Assembly (NCBI GenBank): GCA_977862235.1
Contig: OZ374557.1
Location: forward strand, 496,001-560,000
DNA length: 64,000 nt
DNA from: Dudresnaya verticillata
Taxonomy: Eukaryota
Reading direction: 5' to 3'
In this document: positions 48,199 through 61,634 of the stretch, in pieces
Layout: the number at the start of each line of letters is the position of its first letter
Numbering within the stretch: the stretch's first letter is position 1
Made by a program: the position numbers and the translations under genes
Notes under the pieces: model-generated
The model's database searches: none
What the model was told of the DNA's origin: nothing
Seen by the model: only the letters and a program-made list of their open reading frames with translations

Positions 48199-48889
48199 TG
48201 TGGTACAATGAGCCGCCAGCGGCTGTAAGCACGTACACGGGTTTTGCGCCTGTAATGCGCGGGTAATATTTCGCGTGGCATGCGCCTGTAACGCGCTGCC
48301 CGTGCTGCCGCACTGTAAGGCCCAGTGCATTGCTGGCCACTCTATATGGCATTGCTGGGAACCGCACGGCGCCAATGAGATGGCTAGCCGTGATTGGCTG
48401 ATTTACCATGGCCTTACCCGCAGGAGCGCGCCCGAGTCATAAGCACCTTACGTGCGCAGGGCGGAGTACGACCGCTCACTACCTCATTGTAATTATTAAC
48501 GCTAACTTCAATAGCTTAGAATAGGAATAGCGGCGAAGGCGCTTTCGGCCTTCGCCATATTTATTGCGCCCCTGACTAGCAGGGGTCTGCTGAATAGAAC
48601 CCTACGGTGGGTTTCGGGTCTGTACCCTTTCTTTGGTCTACACGGGCTCACCGTACTCCCCCTTCCAGGTGCTTTACAAGCTTTAGCCTCGTACGGCTTT
48701 GTACTCTGCCAGTGTTAGGGTGGCGCCGCCCCCTTTCCCTTTCTTTCAGGCACGCTAGCCTTTTTCCCCCTTTCCCTCAAAGTCTCTACCAACTCCCCAT
48801 TGAGCTACCCTCGTTAGGGTGTGTGCGCGCACGGGACAGCTGTCCTTGCCGTTTAGCGGGCTACTGGCTCGTCGCGCCATACTACTACA
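48199..48889 (+). repeat. 5' LTR of F
   Basis: TGTGGTACAA...CTACTACA, repeat of 60941-61629. Confidence 0.96.
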
Positions 48890-48890
48890 G

Positions 48891-48902
48891 TGGTCTCCCG
48901 AC
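48891..48902 (+). promoter_or_regulatory. Primer-binding site TGGTCTCCCGAC (F)
   Basis: 1 nt after the LTR. TGGTCTCCCGACCTAGAAC is identical to B. Confidence 0.85.
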
Positions 48903-49297
48903 CTAGAACCGGTTCTGGGTCGGTTCCCTTTACTACCTCAACGTCAGTCCATCGGTTTGGAATTTTCAAGTATCGAGTTTTCTCCCTGCAAGATCTCAAA
49001 GTTCGACTACCTGACGTTGAAACCCTAGTCGTCCGGGTGACGACGTCCCTAAGCTTCATATCAAGCGCTGGAGTCACGTCAAATCTAGTGCAAGCACCCC
49101 TACCGCCGTGGCGGTTTATTAAGTTCAACGAGCACATCCTAGTCGCGGATTGACGGCCCTTCCGGGAGAACCTCAACAGGTTATCGTAATACCTGTACAA
49201 AAAATACGTCCTTGTACGGGCTGTGCGGGCGCGCATTGCGGAAAGATCGCGTGGTCAGAATCGTCCGTAATCCCGAGAACGACGTTTCTGAAGAAGA

Positions 49298-52038
49298 TTG
49301 CCCACTTGGAAAACTTCCCGTCATGCAACCACAGGACCGATATCCTTCGTTTGGGTTGACAAGACCGACCTGATCATACCGACTTCCAACGGCGAGACCA
49401 CCCGACCGGGATTGACCAGTCGTGGCGGAAGCCGTTCTGGCAGTCTTTCCTCCGTGAGGACAATTGGGACGAGAACCCGTGCGGCCGTCGCTGCTCTTGC
49501 CCAAAATGCTTTAGTAGGAGAAGTGGAACGCCCGCCCCGAATGGAGGGCGCTCCAGGAGATGAGGAACCACCTGTTCCAGAGACGGGACAGATCCCGAAT
49601 GAAGAAAACACGGTCAGGACCGCTTCCGCAAGCGTCGCAAACTACAGCGCGAATGAGGGTCCTGACCCTAGTATGCCGCCGTCGCCCATCAGTCGGGCTA
49701 GCCAGCACGGGACGGGTTGACAGGTCCTAGAAGATGTGACGACGTCATCATTGCCCGCGGACATAGGGGTGCCAATGAGAACGAAAGCCAATTCGACCGA
49801 CCCGCGGTGTTTCTCAGAACGCGAGATAAGCCAGATGGTCGAATTGGGCATCGAAAATGCTCTCGTCGCGAGCGTCCGAGCGTTGCTCGAGAGTCAAGCT
49901 GACGAAACCCTCTCGAGGGTGAAGCGTTATTGCGACGACTCAATAGCCCGCTGGGGCGATCAATTGTTGGCAAATGTCCAAGAAGAGATCGATTCTCGAT
50001 GTCAACAAACCTCCTCTCGAGGAGTAGACGAAGAACGGGTCGAGACCCTACAAGCCCAGGTCGATTCCTTGGGGGACCAATTAGACTTGCTCCACCAGGA
50101 ATTAGACCAGGTTACAACGGATCCCGACCGTTCAAGACAAGAAGCCGCTTTGGCTATTTCAGACGCCCAGTTGGGCGTAGAAAACACTCGTTGTGTTGAA
50201 CAAGACAGACGCATCGAGCACCTCCAACAGGAGCTTGATGCGGAGAAGCTTCGAGTCGCTATGATAGCAGCACAAATGCGGCGACTCAACCGCGAAAGGG
50301 AAGTCGTTCCTGAGATAATGCGGCGTCGTTAGCCAGTGCCTCGAGGCACGCGAGACCGTCGCAGAAGGTTACCCCATCAAGGGTCAGGCCACGAATCTCA
50401 AGACGATGAGGAATTGGTCCGGTGTCCAAATCACCGGGGGTGTAATGGCAGCCGACCGAGTCAACTTCGGTCTCGCCCCGATAGGCATTCTAGCCATCGA
50501 CATGGCGGGGACCCCATCAGGAAGCATACCCTACCTCAGGTCCGTCCGAGGACGAAGCGCCACAGTCAAGAACTTTCTCCAGACCCTCCTGGTCTTCTTG
50601 GAAGGGACCCCGGCATTCCGGTTTGAAGGAATTGATTCCGAGGAACCCTGCTTTCATACCCGTACTTTCGTACAGGAGGTATAGGTTGTTGAACCTGGAT
50701 GACTACCGGGGACCCTAAGTCACGGAGACTACGACGAAGAAGATAAAACGGGTGAATACCGTGATGAGAAGTCGCCGGTTCGACGGAAGTGACCCAGTAT
50801 CCATTATTGGATTTCTCGCAACGCTGAAACGACAGCTGGACCAAGCTCACATTAGTGAAGGAGCAGCTATCCTTTTCATCCCAGAATTTCTGGAGAAAGA
50901 TGCCAAAGACATGTTTGAAGCGAACTTCGACGCGGCAGGAGATGATAATGGTGGATTCACCGAGTGGGCCGAGGCCGTCAATTAATTTCTTCGCACGAAT
51001 GCGAAAGACGTCTACATCGAGAGGATCGCCTCTGATATGGACACGATGGCACAAGAACCGAATGAGGACGAGGTCACCCTCTCTCGACGGTTGCAAAATC
51101 AGGCGCGACGAGCCGCTGGGGTTTACACAGAGCAAGACTTAATAACACGCTTTATTAGGGGTCTTCTCCCCACGGTGAAACCGCTGTTAAGTACTACCTC
51201 TCTGGACCCACGGACTGCCCGTTTGGCAGATTATGTCGAGCTCGCCACCGCCCAGGGAGATTCTCATCGTGCCCTAGTGGGTGGTGGCCGAGCGAAGAAA
51301 GCGACCTCGACGCTGCACAAGAAAACCCTCGCGAAGGTACGGACGCACAAACCTGGTCGGACACTTCTCATTCGCCAGTCGAGGCGGTCGGGATCCTCTA
51401 AGAGTAACGACTCTGAGGACGACAACGAAGATGCCGTCGTCGCGGCTATAGACGAAGAAGCGCCACCATCAACGGCAACCCAATCAGACAGCTGGTGCTC
51501 CGGGCATTACTCCTATGGCCAGCCATATTATGGCGAAGTGGATGCGGTCATCCAAAACTACAACCCTAGGCTCCCAGCCTGGGCTCAGCCAACAAGGACG
51601 CAGCGTAGTGGATGGCAGACGGTCGAGGACCAACCAAATGGAATCTGCTTTGAGTGTTGTGGCGTCGGCCATAAAAAGCCAAATTGCCCTCACCTAGCGC
51701 GTACGGACGAATAGTCTTTTGAGACTCTAAAAAGGAGGCAGTTCCAAGAGCTCTCGCATGAGCAGAAGGCATGGTTGACAACTGTGGGGCGACTGCCCTA
51801 CTTCGCAAATGGACCGGCCTCGACAGGCCAAGCGATTGGGCCACCGACAGGCAGGCATCAAAATATGGGGACGGGCGCCGGCGGAAATAGGCAAGTTCAA
51901 TTTCATCCGGGTCTGAATCACCCCATCGTCGCGCCAAGGCAAGCGCCGCGGTCACCAAGACCAGGGTCACGACCCTTTCCGCCACCACCACCGTTACCAC
52001 GGTCGCCCGCGCCCACAGCGCTCAAGGCAAAAACCTAG
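49298..52038 (+). pseudogene. gag: gag of F (coiled-coil N-terminal region, capsid-like region, CCHC knuckle; disrupted)
   Basis: FDGSDPVSIIGFL..ISEGAA, RFIRGL, CFECCGVGHKKPNC. Start uncertain. Confidence 0.85.
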
Positions 52039-55000
52039 AGAGGGGGAACCGGTTTCGGTTGACCCGATCACTCAGGTTACATCGGAACCCCCGATCGATT
52101 CGCTGAACGCAGCTTCACTAGCACAAGCTTCGACAGCTTCTCCACGGATCGACCGGTTTCACATGAGAATGTCGCTTCTGTTCCGAAGAACATCTTAACC
52201 CGCCCCATGGGTAACCCGCCCCATGGGCTTACCCCGTGGGCGTACGTATGACGAGTATTGTAAGGGCACAGTCTGTTCGCTGTCACGCTACAACTATAAA
52301 GTTGCTGCGTCCGTCGGGACTTCTGTGGACAAATTCACTCGAGTACTATCCATAATGGATACAGGGGCTGGCCCTAATCTGATCCGGGCGGAAGTTCTTT
52401 CTCCGGAAGAAAGGAAACGCATCTCGACGAACAGGTCGATCGTCAACTTGACGTCTGCGTCAAGTCATAGACTAACTACACTGGGAACCATCTCGGCAGT
52501 TGTACGCGTGAGCTCATACAAGGTTCGAAAACCTTTTGTTGTCGTCAAAGCGCTTGCAGTGGACGCCATCCTGGGATGCACGTTTATCGATACCCACGTC
52601 GAGGGTCTGCATGTTCGGAAACAGAACATCGTTCTCCGATACGGGTCGATAATCCCTATCCTAAGGCGCCGTTGCGGCATACCCCGTGAAGGTCCACACT
52701 CAGAACCAATGGATGTCCCTCCTTTAACTACCTCGCGACTAATACGCGTCGCCGCACGCACTAACTTACCGCCTGGCAGTAAGACATGGGTCACCGTGAC
52801 CTGCTCGGCCCAAGGAACGCACTTCCTAGAATCATTTCCACGGTTATACGACCGTCAACACGTGGTCGTGACCAACGGTATCGTCGATCTACAATCGAAT
52901 CGGCTCTTCCACGTGAAGGTTGCGAACTTCTCGCCGCGCATGCAGCACCTTCAGCAGAATCAAAGCCTCGGAAAGGCTGTCCCGGCGCCCACCCGGACGC
53001 CGGTGTACTCTGTTTCCATCGAGGAATCTGATCCTGACCTCAATCCTGAAACCTCCGTGTCCAGTCCGCAACCGGACACATTCCCAGATGTGGGGGGGCG
53101 GGACTCGCTGCTGCTCTTGGTAACGAAGGCGCAAAGCCTGGAATTAGAACAGCAACCTCTACACCGTCTCCCATGTCAGTCGATGACTTGGCACTGGAGC
53201 ACCTGTCCGAGCAGGACCGTCGTCGAGTACGAAAAATGCTCCGACCGTTCGCCGGTATGTGGGACGGCCAGCTGGGAGCAGTCAAGGTGACGAAGCACCG
53301 AATTTAACTACAAGAAGGTTCGAAACCTGTACTCTCGCAACCCTATCGGTCGGGCCCGAAAGCCGAAGTCGAATAAGACGAAGTAGACAAGATGCTAAAA
53401 GAAGGCATCATCGAGCCTGCTCGCACGGAGTTCGCAAGCCCTGTAGTGCTGGTCAAGAAACCCGATGGGTCCCTACGTTTCTGCGTCGATTACCGCAAGC
53501 TCAACGCTATCACAGTGAAGGACACTTATCCTCTCCCGCGGATGGACGAGTATCTGGACTCGCTGGGAAGCGCCCAATACTTTACAACCTTGGATTGTAA
53601 TTCCGGGTATTGGCAAATTCCAGTCGAGGAAGATGACAAGCACAAAACGGCTTTCACTTGCCATGCCGGATGTTTCCAGTTTTGCAGGATGCCCTTCGGG
53701 CTTTGTAACGCTCTCGCCACCCTTCAACGTACGGTTGATATCCTACTCTCCGGATTTAGGTGGAAAACCTGTTTAGTCTATTTGGACGACATCATTATAT
53801 TCTTGGCGACGGTCGACGAACACCTCAACCACGTGAAGGACATTCTAGAAGTACTGCAAGAAGAAGGAGTTTCGCTGAAACTAAAGAAGTGCAACTTCGT
53901 CAAGAAGAGCGTTGACTACTTAGGGCACGTGATTCGCCCAGGATTGCTAGAAGTGGCAACCAAGAATACCCAAGCCATCGAAGGGTTTAAGGAGCCGAAG
54001 ACTCAGACCCAGTTACGGTCATTTATTGGAATCTGTAATGTTTACAGGCGCTTCGTGCCTAACTTCGCGCGTGTGGCGGCCCCGCTCAACGCACTCCTAC
54101 AAAAGGATCAGGGCTCCGAGTTGCCAACGTTCGACGAACGTCAGCGAGAAGCGTTTGAACTGCTCAAGAAGGCGTTAGTCGCTCCGCCGATACTGCGGCT
54201 CCCTCAAGAAGGTAAGGCTCTCTCCGTCGACAGGGAAGCCTGTGACTACCAAATCGGGTGCGCATTGATGCAGATGGAAGAAGATGGCACCCGAAATCCC
54301 ATAGGGGTTTAGGGCCGCGGCCTAACGAAGGCGGAAAAGAACTACTCGGTAGGCGAGAAAGAATGCCTAGCAGTGGCCTGGGCAACGCAGATGCTTCGTC
54401 CATATTTGGAACGGTCCCACTTCGACCTGTATACGGATCACCAAGCTTTAAAAGGGATGATGAGCATGACCGATGCTTCCGGGCGACTGGTCCACTGGAG
54501 GCTACGCCTATTGGAATATGATTTCACGGTACAATACCGAAAAGGAAAGAAGAATCAGATCGCTGATGCCGTCTCTCGGCTGCCAACTTACCGCTTCACC
54601 CAGTGGGAACCGGACCTCGAGATCCCCTGTTTTGTGATCGAAGGGACGCCCGCGTCGAACGGTCGCGAACGCGGAAATCACGAACGGGGGCACAACCCCA
54701 ACCCTTACAGGTTTGGGAAGTCGAACCTGAGGACGACGACCCTTCGGGTGACGAGCAGCTGATAGCGCAAGTGGCCGACAAAGAATCAGGCCAAAAGGGT
54801 CTCTCCCTAATAACGGTGGAGGAGTTGTTCCGAGAACAGAAGTCCGATGACTTTTGTATGTGGGTCCGACGGAACCTCGAAACGGGTAAACCCGGTTGCT
54901 ACCTCGAAGATGAGCGCGGGCTCCTAGTGCGTAAGTCATACATCGATCGCGCGCTACAGGTACTCGTACCTAGACCGCTGAAAGAAAAGGTTCTACACCT

Positions 55001-56619
55001 AGCGCACTACCCGGATTCGGCCGGCCACCCGGGTGGTATCAGGATGTATCACAACCTTCGACGTCAGGTATATTGACCCCAAATGTCTCTCGACGTTTAC
55101 GCGACAGTAAGAAATTGCGTCCAGTGCGCACAAGAGCGCGTCCAGCTTCGACAGCATACTTCCCACATGAAGCTATTCCCGGCAACACTGCCTTTGGAAT
55201 TCGTAGGGATCGACATCCTCGGGCCCCTGCCCCGCTCAGGGAAAGGAAACGAGTTCCTCTTAGTCATGACTGACAGGTTCTCCAAGCTCACGCGAGCGAT
55301 ACCATTGAAGACAGTTACGGCTTATACCGTAGCCAAGGCTTTCTGTGAGCATTGGGTTTTCATATACGGTCCACCCATTACGTCCTTTCGGACAATGGCT
55401 CGAAATTCGCGTCCAAGTTCTTCCTCGCTGTCTGCGACATCCTTCGAATTAGGAATATGTTTACGTCGAACTATCATCCTCAGACCAAGGGTCAGACCGA
55501 GCGGTTCAATCGTACCCTCTTAACGGGTTTGCGACATTTCATCGCTGAGGACCAGAAGGACTGGGATGAATTCACTTCGGCGTTGACGTACGCGTACAAT
55601 ACTACTGTTCATCGTGCTACGGACCTGGCGCCTTTCGATTTGGTGCTATCTAATCCACCGACATCCATCTTAATGGAACAAGCGGAGAGGGTGAACGTCG
55701 ATCACATTCCGGCGACTAACGTCAAGAAGCGGTTAACTGCTCGCTTGGAGAAGCTGATGGATACGGCGCTGCCTCGAATGAAATTAGCGCAACGGCGCTA
55801 TGAAACTAATTTCAATAACCGAATCCGGCCTGCTAACCAGAGGGTAAGACCCGGATCGTGGGTGTTCCTAAAAAGGGAGACTAAGGTGAAGGACGCTTCA
55901 GGTGTGGCCCGCGAAGGGAAACTATTTCCTAAGGCTCTCGGGCCGTATAAGGTGCTAGAGCGCGGAACGCATGTCGTCGTGCTAGACATTAAGGGCGACC
56001 GAGAGACTATATCTCTGGACCGCGTAACCTTAGCCCCTCGCCGCATGACGAGCCAAGCGCACAGGGGCACGACCCTCCGGTGGTGGACGACTCGCCACCA
56101 GCAATAAGCTCTTCCCCAATCACCGCCGAAGTGGAACCTAATAGCCCCTCGAGTGGGATTCCTAACCCAAACGAGGGCTTAACGGCGCCGAACAGGCTAG
56201 CTGAAAGCGCAATTGCGGATGGAGCTCCTCACGGCCCTGTGGAAAGGGGAGTTACCAATATTACGGATGACACGTCCCCCGCGGTGCCACCTGGTGAAGA
56301 GACACCGATGCAGGGCCCACAGGAGACAACTTTAACACCTCCCGATTCGGATCATGATCCTGGAAATATTGAGCCAAGTCGCACGACGACGGCTCCCGAT
56401 GAGTGCTCTCCCTTGCGGACGTTTTCCCGCTTCAAGAAAGCGCCGCCGCGCGAACGCGTGTATGGTCGCATTGGGTCGTATGACGCCGATCGGCGCCTTT
56501 ACCGCATTCGGTGGTTTCAGCTCCCAGCATCCGAAGACACCTGGGAGCCCAAGGAACATCTTCCTCATAACTCGGTGGCAAGGTACCACCGAGCCAAAGG
56601 GATCGTTCTCCCGCAATAA
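52039..56619 (+). pseudogene. pol: pol of F: protease, RT, RNase H, integrase, chromodomain (disrupted)
   Basis: MDTGAGPN, YLDD, TDHQAL, GHPGG, SDNG, LGPYKV, YRIRWF..DTWEP. Confidence 0.95.
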
Positions 56620-57000
56620 GCGCCCCACGCGAAAGCAATGGCTCAATGGGACCCGTTGAAATCGTTCGAGCTACGCGACCTAGAGCTAAGTCGCCTAAAA
56701 GAGGCTGAAAGATACGATGACGTAACCTAAGTTGGATTACGCGTGCCTGGCTAGGCACGCGTCACTCAGGACACCGGCCCCTGTCTACGACAACAATCGC
56801 CGGTTGAGGATAGATCTAGTCCTGCGGGCCTATACTCCAGCTTGCGGATGAGCGCCTATCAAGGCTCAGCCACTAGACAAGACAGACGCTACGCTCCGCA
56901 GTAGCGATAACCAGAACGCCCAATGGGCCTATGTATAAGACTAGGGAATGGGAATGACTATTCCCCATTTAAGCTGTTGAGCTGACTAACAACAAACTAT

Positions 57001-57120
57001 ATAGATGGAAATAGAAGAGTCGAGACTCTGGAAATGGATAGATGAATCTGGAAGAGTCAAGACTCTGGAAATGGATAGATGTGAAAAGGAAGACATGGAA
57101 GAATCAAGATTCTGGATACA
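57001..57120 (+). repeat. ~37-bp tandem array inside F
   Basis: GAAGAGTC(G/A)AGACTCTGGAAATGGATAGATG at 57014 and 57051, plus degenerate copies. Confidence 0.88.
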
Positions 57121-58123
57121 AGAAATGTCCATACGTTGAACACATATATGTGTGAATCGAGGAAAAACCCGAGCAGTGGGTCGTAGTAACAAGAGAGAGA
57201 ATCGAGATTCTGTGCCAAGAAGCACGGCTGCCCCAACACAACCTAGCAGCACCCTCCGGCGCTACCGATGCTTTGGCAGGGGGGAGACCCCCCTGATGGC
57301 AACCCTGGCTAAGGCCAACGGAGGCTATTATCAGATCGCCTAAAACTCGGCACTGGGGCCATCGCCTAAACATCAATGAGCCTTGACAACCGGCTGAAAA
57401 AGTGCTTCGCGTGAGCCTATTGCGCCCGCCGACGGGCCACGAAGTCAAAACCAACTCCCTCGAGGAATCTCGCTAGGAAGCGGAAACACCCCACGGCTTG
57501 TAGAGCCTCTCATCTTAGTCCAACCTTCGACAGGGTGAAAGGAGCAAGGAGCGCGTGAGACGCATGCGTCTCAGCGTGCACTCCAATAGGATGGCTGGTC
57601 GGCCATGAAGATGGTATTGGCGCCAAACACCTCTACAATGCATCATCTCGTTACTGTAGAGAGAGATTTCTGTCGCTGATAGGCCCTCATAGCCTGGGAG
57701 GCGGAATGAAATACCCAATGAGGGCGCGCTAACTGGGCGCAAGACGCGGCAAGTACAGTGTTCCCGACGATACTGTGGGCCAGCCTCGCCCCCTCGCGGA
57801 CATTATGCCGCATTACTGGCACCCTCTCACTCCCCGAGTGGCACCAGAGAGGCGGATTGATTACCCAATAAGGGTTTGTCCCACGGCGCGTGGTGATCAC
57901 AACGTCGCGTGGGGTGAGGTTCCCTACCTTTAGGAGCTCCGGCTACTACGCTGCGATGAAACCCGCTAAGTCCCCGACGGGATAGGGCGGAGCCGCCAGG
58001 TCGCACAACGCCACCGCGCACGCCTTCCAAAGGCAAGGGAGTCAAGCATACAAGACGAATTTATTTAGCGGACCAGCCGCTCGCAAGTCTAAGGCATGGA
58101 GCCTGGAGTTAACGCGCTACGCG

Positions 58124-60319
58124 CTAATCGGAAAGAAGGTCAATGACCTCATTCTCCTCGAGCGGAGGATTAGGCCCAGACGGCGCACGAGTCGTCGTGA
58201 CGCGGCGCACTTCGCGCACAATGCACGCTCCACTCCCACGGCGAGGACCGCGACCTCGGCGTCCACCAAAGCCTTCACTGGCTGCGCCATCACGGCCTAA
58301 ACCCTGCCCCTCGATACCCATGGGCGAGCCATCGCGCTCACCCTCGCCCTCCATGGGCTCTATTTCCTCCTCCTCTTTGAGGAGGAGTTCCGTCTTCACG
58401 ATGACTTCCGAAGCCATCGGGTCTGACGGCAAAGGCTCTCCAGCCGTAGCGGGGACCCCCGTAGTTCCCCCTTTAGCCCCGATGGGCTGGGTTGTGGCAG
58501 ACTGGTCCGGCATCGGGACCTTCTGACCTTGGTCATTCGTGACTTGATCCACCTTGGCGGAAGCCGGGGGCGGCGGCTGCATGGACGGCGCTGAAGCCAA
58601 CTCGGGCTGACCAGCCGACGCTTCGATATTTTCCTCTCAGGGGATCTTGCTTGTATCAGCCTCAGTGGCTTCGCGGGCTTCAAGGCCTAACTTGGCACCA
58701 ATCGCCCCTTGGGCTACGGCGGCTGGACGCTGTGGGTGACCAAGCCCCTTTCGGCTCTTCTTACCAACATCACCTGTGGGGTTCTCAGCTTCTTCAGATT
58801 TGACACCACCCAAAGGCGGTAACGCCTGAAGATGCGCCCGAAAGCGGGCTTGCTCCACGGGACCCGGAGTCTCGATCCAGTGCGCCTCGTACTCGGCTAA
58901 GACGTCTTCGACCCAGTCGGCCAGACTCGCCAAATTGAGGCTATGAACGTTCCAGTGCACCGCCAGTCGGACAGCCAGACCTCGGCGGTTCAACAAGTCG
59001 CGGATTTCCGCATCTGCGCGATAATGGAGAGCCCCTGAAGGCGCGTACGGACCTTGCGGTTGGCCGTCGACAGTGTCGTCGAACGGCGGTACCTCTTCAA
59101 GGCTAGACAGGCCTTCATCGCGCCATTTCACGCTTACCCAACCGCGGGTGTAACCAGTCCGGCGTTCGCCTTCGTCTAAGGCAATGGACCCTCTCTCGGT
59201 GGGAAGGTCGTCTAACATGAAGTCTGGTAAGACTGGAAGCCATTTCTCCGGGTCGAACTCCACCCAATCACCCCGATCAAAGATGGCCGTGATATGCCCC
59301 GTGTTCTCGGGTAAGAAGCGATTGCGCTTATTCACTCGACTCCATTCAATACGTTCCACGAAGGAAAGGATGGCGTCGAGGTCGGAGGCTTTTTCCGCTG
59401 TGGCGGTAAAGGCAGACGAGCCAAGGGACCGAATACACGCCCGAAGGGGCTTACGGATGAAGTACAGAAAGCCCCGACGGGCTTCATACACGAAAACGTG
59501 TGTCACCATTACGATCCACTCGTGCCGGAATATCTTCCAGGGTAGGGACTCGTCGTAAGCCACATTCATCATCTCCAGACCGAGATAAGCCACGATTGTA
59601 GGCGTTCCCACGGGCATCGAGTATGAGACCTCCAAACCAGCCTAATCGTCAGGCACTTGAGGATACTTGATCCGATAAAACTCCGGACGGATGGAGGTCA
59701 CTTCCTGGAAATGAGCCGGAATGAAGCAGCCAGTACGATGGCGGTGACGACGCTCGAAGCGCACCAAATCTGACGGCATGGCCGTTTGAGGGTTGTCCAG
59801 GGCATACTTAAAGTTTGACGTATCGTCCCAGCGGACAACCCTCGCCATCGTATACGGGTAGTTGTCCCTTCCTGCACGGATGAACGGCCGTTGGTGGCAC
59901 ACGATCGACAGATCGAAAACTCCAGTGCTATGGATTGCATGGACCTCCTCGATCCGGAAGTTGATGAGCCTCGCCACGGCTGAAGTGTAACGGATCTCAT
60001 GGCGAAAACGTGGATGAGCGAGGTCCCACTTCCAAGGGCCTTCGATGGTAGGCAACTCCCGGTTGCGTCCCGTGAGGAGACCAAGACGGTGACGACCGTG
60101 TGCATGCCAGGTGCGGCGCTGTGCACGTCTTGCGCCGCGACGGCGGATCTCGCTACGATCAGCTCCAGCGATGGCCTTGATGTGGGCAAGGTCCGTGCGC
60201 ACACGCTAGTCGCGGCTATTCTTGATTGTGATCGGCACTCCTACCTCGTCCGTTTCGAAGCCGAGGACTGCAACGCTAGAACCGGCGCTTCCAAAGACCA
60301 TCTGCTGGTTGGCACTCAT
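58124..60319 (-). pseudogene. Antisense accessory gene of F (~730 codons)
   Basis: MSANQQMVFGSAGSS...PNPPLEENEVIDLLSD. ORFs 59642-60202 and 58637-59635 are in one frame, separated by a single stop. Confidence 0.9.
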
Positions 60320-60940
60320 GATTGAGTTCTTGAATGAATAAGCCTCGTCGAGGCGTCTTGAAAACTTGAACCGTGACGGTAGCGGAGTTGCACCGCAACG
60401 TGCGCACAGGACGACGCCGGCTGGTGGATAGCCACACGACGACGACGGTCGGGCAGAAGGACGCACAAGTCCAGACAGAGCGCAACGGCGCGTGAAGCGT
60501 TTCGGCTGCGAAGCGGAAACGACGCGTTACCACGCTTGAAGATGAGGCGCGCTGGCGCGCGGGACGGAAGAGAGTCCCCAAAAACCGAGGAAGGAAACAC
60601 AGCCACCAGTGGCGAGGGAGGAAGCGACGGCGTGGATTGTGGTAAGCCGAGATAGGCGGAGGTGACGGCGGAGACCCACGCCCACACGCGCTTGAAATAA
60701 GCAGCCGCTCACGGCTTCCGCGCAAAAGCGATACTGGACTCTCGTCGAGACGGGGAACCCGACGCCGGATGGGCGTGCCATGATTTGTCGCCCTCGCGCG
60801 TCGCGAGACGGGTGTTTTCGTGGCGGTTACACCTGCCCTCGAAAGACCGTTTGGGACGTCCACAACGCGTCCGCCCCAACCGGGCCAATGGAAACAACCT
60901 TGCTAGCTTCGCGGGTCTCTCAGCTTTAGAGAGCGGGCCG

Positions 60941-61629
60941 TGTGGTACAATGAGCCGCCAGCGGCTGTAAGCACGACACGTGTTTTGCGACTGTAATGTG
61001 CGGGTAATATTTCGTGTGGCATGCGCCTGTAACGCGCCGCCCGTACTGCCGCACTGTAAGGCCCAGTGCATTGCTGGCCACTCCATATGGAATTGCTGGG
61101 AACCGCACAGCGCCAATGAGATGGCTAGCCGTGATTGGCTGATTTACCATGGCCTTACCCGCAGGAGCGCGCCCGAGTCATAAGCACCTTACGTGCGCAG
61201 GGCGGAGTACGACCGCTCACTACCTCATTGTAATTATTAACGCTAACTTCAATAGCTTAGAATAGGAATAGCGGCGAAGGCGCTTTCGGCCTTCGCCATA
61301 TTTATTGCGCCCCTGACTAGCAAGGGTCTGCTGATTAGAACCCTACGGTGGGTTTCGGGTCTGTACCCTTTCTTTGGTCTACACGGGCTCACCGTACTCC
61401 CCTTCCAGGTGCTTTACAAACTTTAGCCTCGTACGGCTTTGTACTCTGCCAGTGTTAGGGTGGCGCCGCCCCCTTTCCCTTTCTTTCAGGCACGCTAGCC
61501 TTTTTCCCCCTTTCCCTCAAAGAGTCTACCAACTCCCTATTGAGCTACCCTCGTTAGGGTGTGTGCGTGCACGGGACAGCTGTCCTTGTCGTTTAGCGGG
61601 CTACTGGCTCATCGCGCCATACTACTACA
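60941..61629 (+). repeat. 3' LTR of F
   Basis: Direct repeat of 48199-48889. Confidence 0.96.
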
Positions 61630-61634
61630 CTTAG

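Larger units (their letters stand above)
48199..61629 (+). mobile_element. Complete decayed Ty3/Gypsy element F (13.4 kb) with chromodomain and antisense gene
   Basis: LTR pair, TSD CTTAG (48194-48198 and 61630-61634), PBS at 48891, PPT AGAGAGCGGGCCG before 60941. Confidence 0.97.

Noticed and set aside
60709..61634. ORFs repeated at 47945-48906 and 60709-61634
   Set aside because: They arise from the duplicated LTR sequence of F and are not genes.
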